A stretch of DNA of 61,779 nucleotides, counting the filler, from Pirum gemmata (taxonomy: Eukaryota), in assembly GCA_002812295.1 (NCBI GenBank). It is 24 parts of 24 records of this genome, joined end to end, with 100 filler letters (N's around TTAATTAATTAA, not from the genome) between each part and the next. Parts side by side here need not be neighbours in the genome. Positions count along the whole stretch, not along the records: positions 59,410 to 61,779 come from PDIN01006680.1; 23 more parts are not named here. One strand, given 5' to 3'. This document shows, in pieces, positions 59,825 through 61,779 of the stretch. The first letter of the stretch is position 1. Each line of letters starts with the position of its first letter. The translations under genes were made by a program, and so were the position numbers. Under the pieces are notes generated by a model. It was not told the DNA's origin and searched no databases. It saw nothing but the letters and a program-made list of their open reading frames with translations.

Positions 59825-61282
59825 GATTTATCTGATAGACTAAGTAACTTTTAGGTATAATACAAAGGCATATTAAATTTTTAATATTAAAATATTAATA
59901 TCAAATAAAAAAATAAAATGACAATATACATAAAATTGACAATGTATCGAATATCGAAATACATCTAGTTTATAATATCATAATGTATCATCTGATAATT
60001 ATAAATATCATGATATAAGATTATTCAAAGTGTGGTTGTGTTGCGAATGTTGTATCGTAGGCTACATGTGTTCAACGTGCTGTGTGTGTTATGTTGTGTG
60101 TTGTCTGGTTGTGTGTTGTGGGTGTATTGATACATCACATACAATACATGTGTTGTGTGTGTTGTGTGTTGTGGGTGTTGTGTTGTGGGTGTTGTGTGTT
60201 GTGGGTGTTGTGTGTTGTGGGTGGTGATTGAATATTAATTGTGTTTTGTATCTTGTCTATAGTGTGGTGTGAATTTGTGAAACGATCAAGAAAAATAAAC
60301 ATGGCTTGTGCTTATATAATGTTATCTCTTATGTGTTGTGTTGCGGTCAGTTGGTTGTGGTCTAAAAATATAATAATAATAATAATAAATAAAAAAAAAA
60401 TATTAATAAAAAATAAAAAATAAATAAATAAATATATTATAGGTGATGATTATAAATATTGAAGTCTTAATTAAAGTTGATGTTCGAACTTCAATCAAGT
60501 AAATATCAAGATTAGCTTTAAACACAATACATTATTCAATTTAATTAATTAATTAACAAAGAAATTTGCATGATAGTAACACTAGCTATAAAGGGTTATA
60601 TTATGTTCAATAGGCTTAGCGACTCTAGGCGCTAGTTAGGGCTAAGGATGTAGTTAGAGTTAGAATTAGAATTAGAGTTAGTGTACATGTTAGAGTTAGG
60701 GTTAGGGTCCGTTGGGGTTAGTTAGGGTTGGGTTAACTATGTATAGGGTCGTGTAGCGTTTGTAATAATCAAAAGTTGAAGTTTGAGAGGTTATTATACA
60801 ATTAGTGTTATAATTAGGGTTGGGATTAGGGTTAGGGGCTGATAGGGTTATACATAGAGTTAAGGTTGATTAGGGTTTTAGCTGTTTTAGAGAAGAATTC
60901 CAGAAGATGTTGGAGAGAAGATAAGTTGACGTAGTAATAGGGAAATTGGTGGTTTAATATTCTTTTAATTAATTAATGTTGTTTTTTGTTTGGTGACATT
61001 ATTATTATTGTTATTGCTGTTGGTACAGACGGGTTTATGTTTTAAAAAAGTAGATAGACTACGCGTGCAAGGTTGGGAGTGTTGTTAGGGTGTGTTTAGG
61101 GTTTGGGTTAGGAACGTAGTCTACTAGCTAGGGGTCAGTTTGAGATTTATTAGGGAGAGGAAGAAGAGGAACAATGATTCGGTGATGGGGTTAATTCTTT
61201 TTTAGGAATGGGTAGTAGTCTAAGTGGTTATGATAGGGTCTTGTGGTTAAAAGGTTAGTAGATTTTCTACTAGCTAGCTAGT

Positions 61283-61409
61283 ATTTAAAAATAATACGTC
61301 ACGTCAAGAGGTAGGTAGGTAGGCGGCATTTGACCGGAAATCAACGTCAAGGGGTAGGTAGGTAGGGTATTTGAAGCTGTATTTGACTGGAAATTGGTGT
61401 TACGTAGTA
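61283..61409. mobile_element. MITE family D core
   Basis: ACGTCACGTCAAGAGGTAGGTAGG...TTTGACCGGAAATCAACGTCAAGGGG. Confidence 0.75.
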
Positions 61410-61485
61410 AAAAACTGTGCCAATCCAGGCTCAAAGACAAATTAGACAATTATTATTATTATCACAGCTAGTTTAGGCTTTTGCT

Positions 61486-61704
61486 AATTCTGCTCTTTTT
61501 TAAAAATCGAGTTTTCAAGCCTTTTTATTAATTAAATAAGTTCGAAATTTTGAGCTTATATATAAATTAAGAATTCAAATATATTTATTTATTAATAAAC
61601 CCGAAAAAAATGGGAAAAATAATTTTCGATAAACCCGAAAAAAAATGGAAAAAATAATTTTCTTTTTGACAGCAGAAATTCGAGTTTTCGGGCTCGAGCA
61701 GAAT
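61486..61704. mobile_element. MITE family E copy
   Basis: AATTCTGCTC...GAGCAGAATAG TIRs; homolog at 17245-17427. Confidence 0.72.
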
Positions 61705-61779
61705 AGTCACGAACACGTACTACAGTCTAGCTAGAGAGCACCACACGATACCCAGCCACACTAAATTTAGAAATATATA

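Overview
This is not a continuous locus. It is about 24 short contigs (mostly ~2.4 kb) from a very AT-rich, intron-rich eukaryote, joined by artificial N...TTAATTAATTAA...N linkers, so adjacency across a linker means nothing. TTAGGG repeats, GT-AG introns filled with (AAT)n, LRR single-pass receptors with tyrosine motifs and a GBP-like GTPase fit a unicellular opisthokont, possibly a holozoan such as an ichthyosporean (inference only). Recognisable genes or fragments: an ABCG transporter 3' exon, a 4-exon YHYH-domain gene, a SWIM-finger ORF of probable transposon origin, three LRR proteins, tandem beta/gamma-crystallin-like copies, Sec7 ARF-GEF exons, a NADAR (YbiA-like) hydrolase, a complete 3-exon GBP/atlastin-like GTPase, an AGC-kinase hydrophobic-motif exon and several orphan secreted proteins. 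The YHYH, Sec7, NADAR and AGC-kinase calls are not recognisable from the supplied ORF track and were decoded by hand. Non-coding DNA is dense in MITEs (hAT, PIF/Harbinger-like, and several families with TAG...CTA or TAT...ATA ends), (CTAG)n tracts and telomere-like hexamer arrays. Best leads: a GBP-like GTPase with a signal peptide, an LRR receptor with a tandem ITIM-like tyrosine array, and the link between TAG...CTA MITEs and CTAG tracts.
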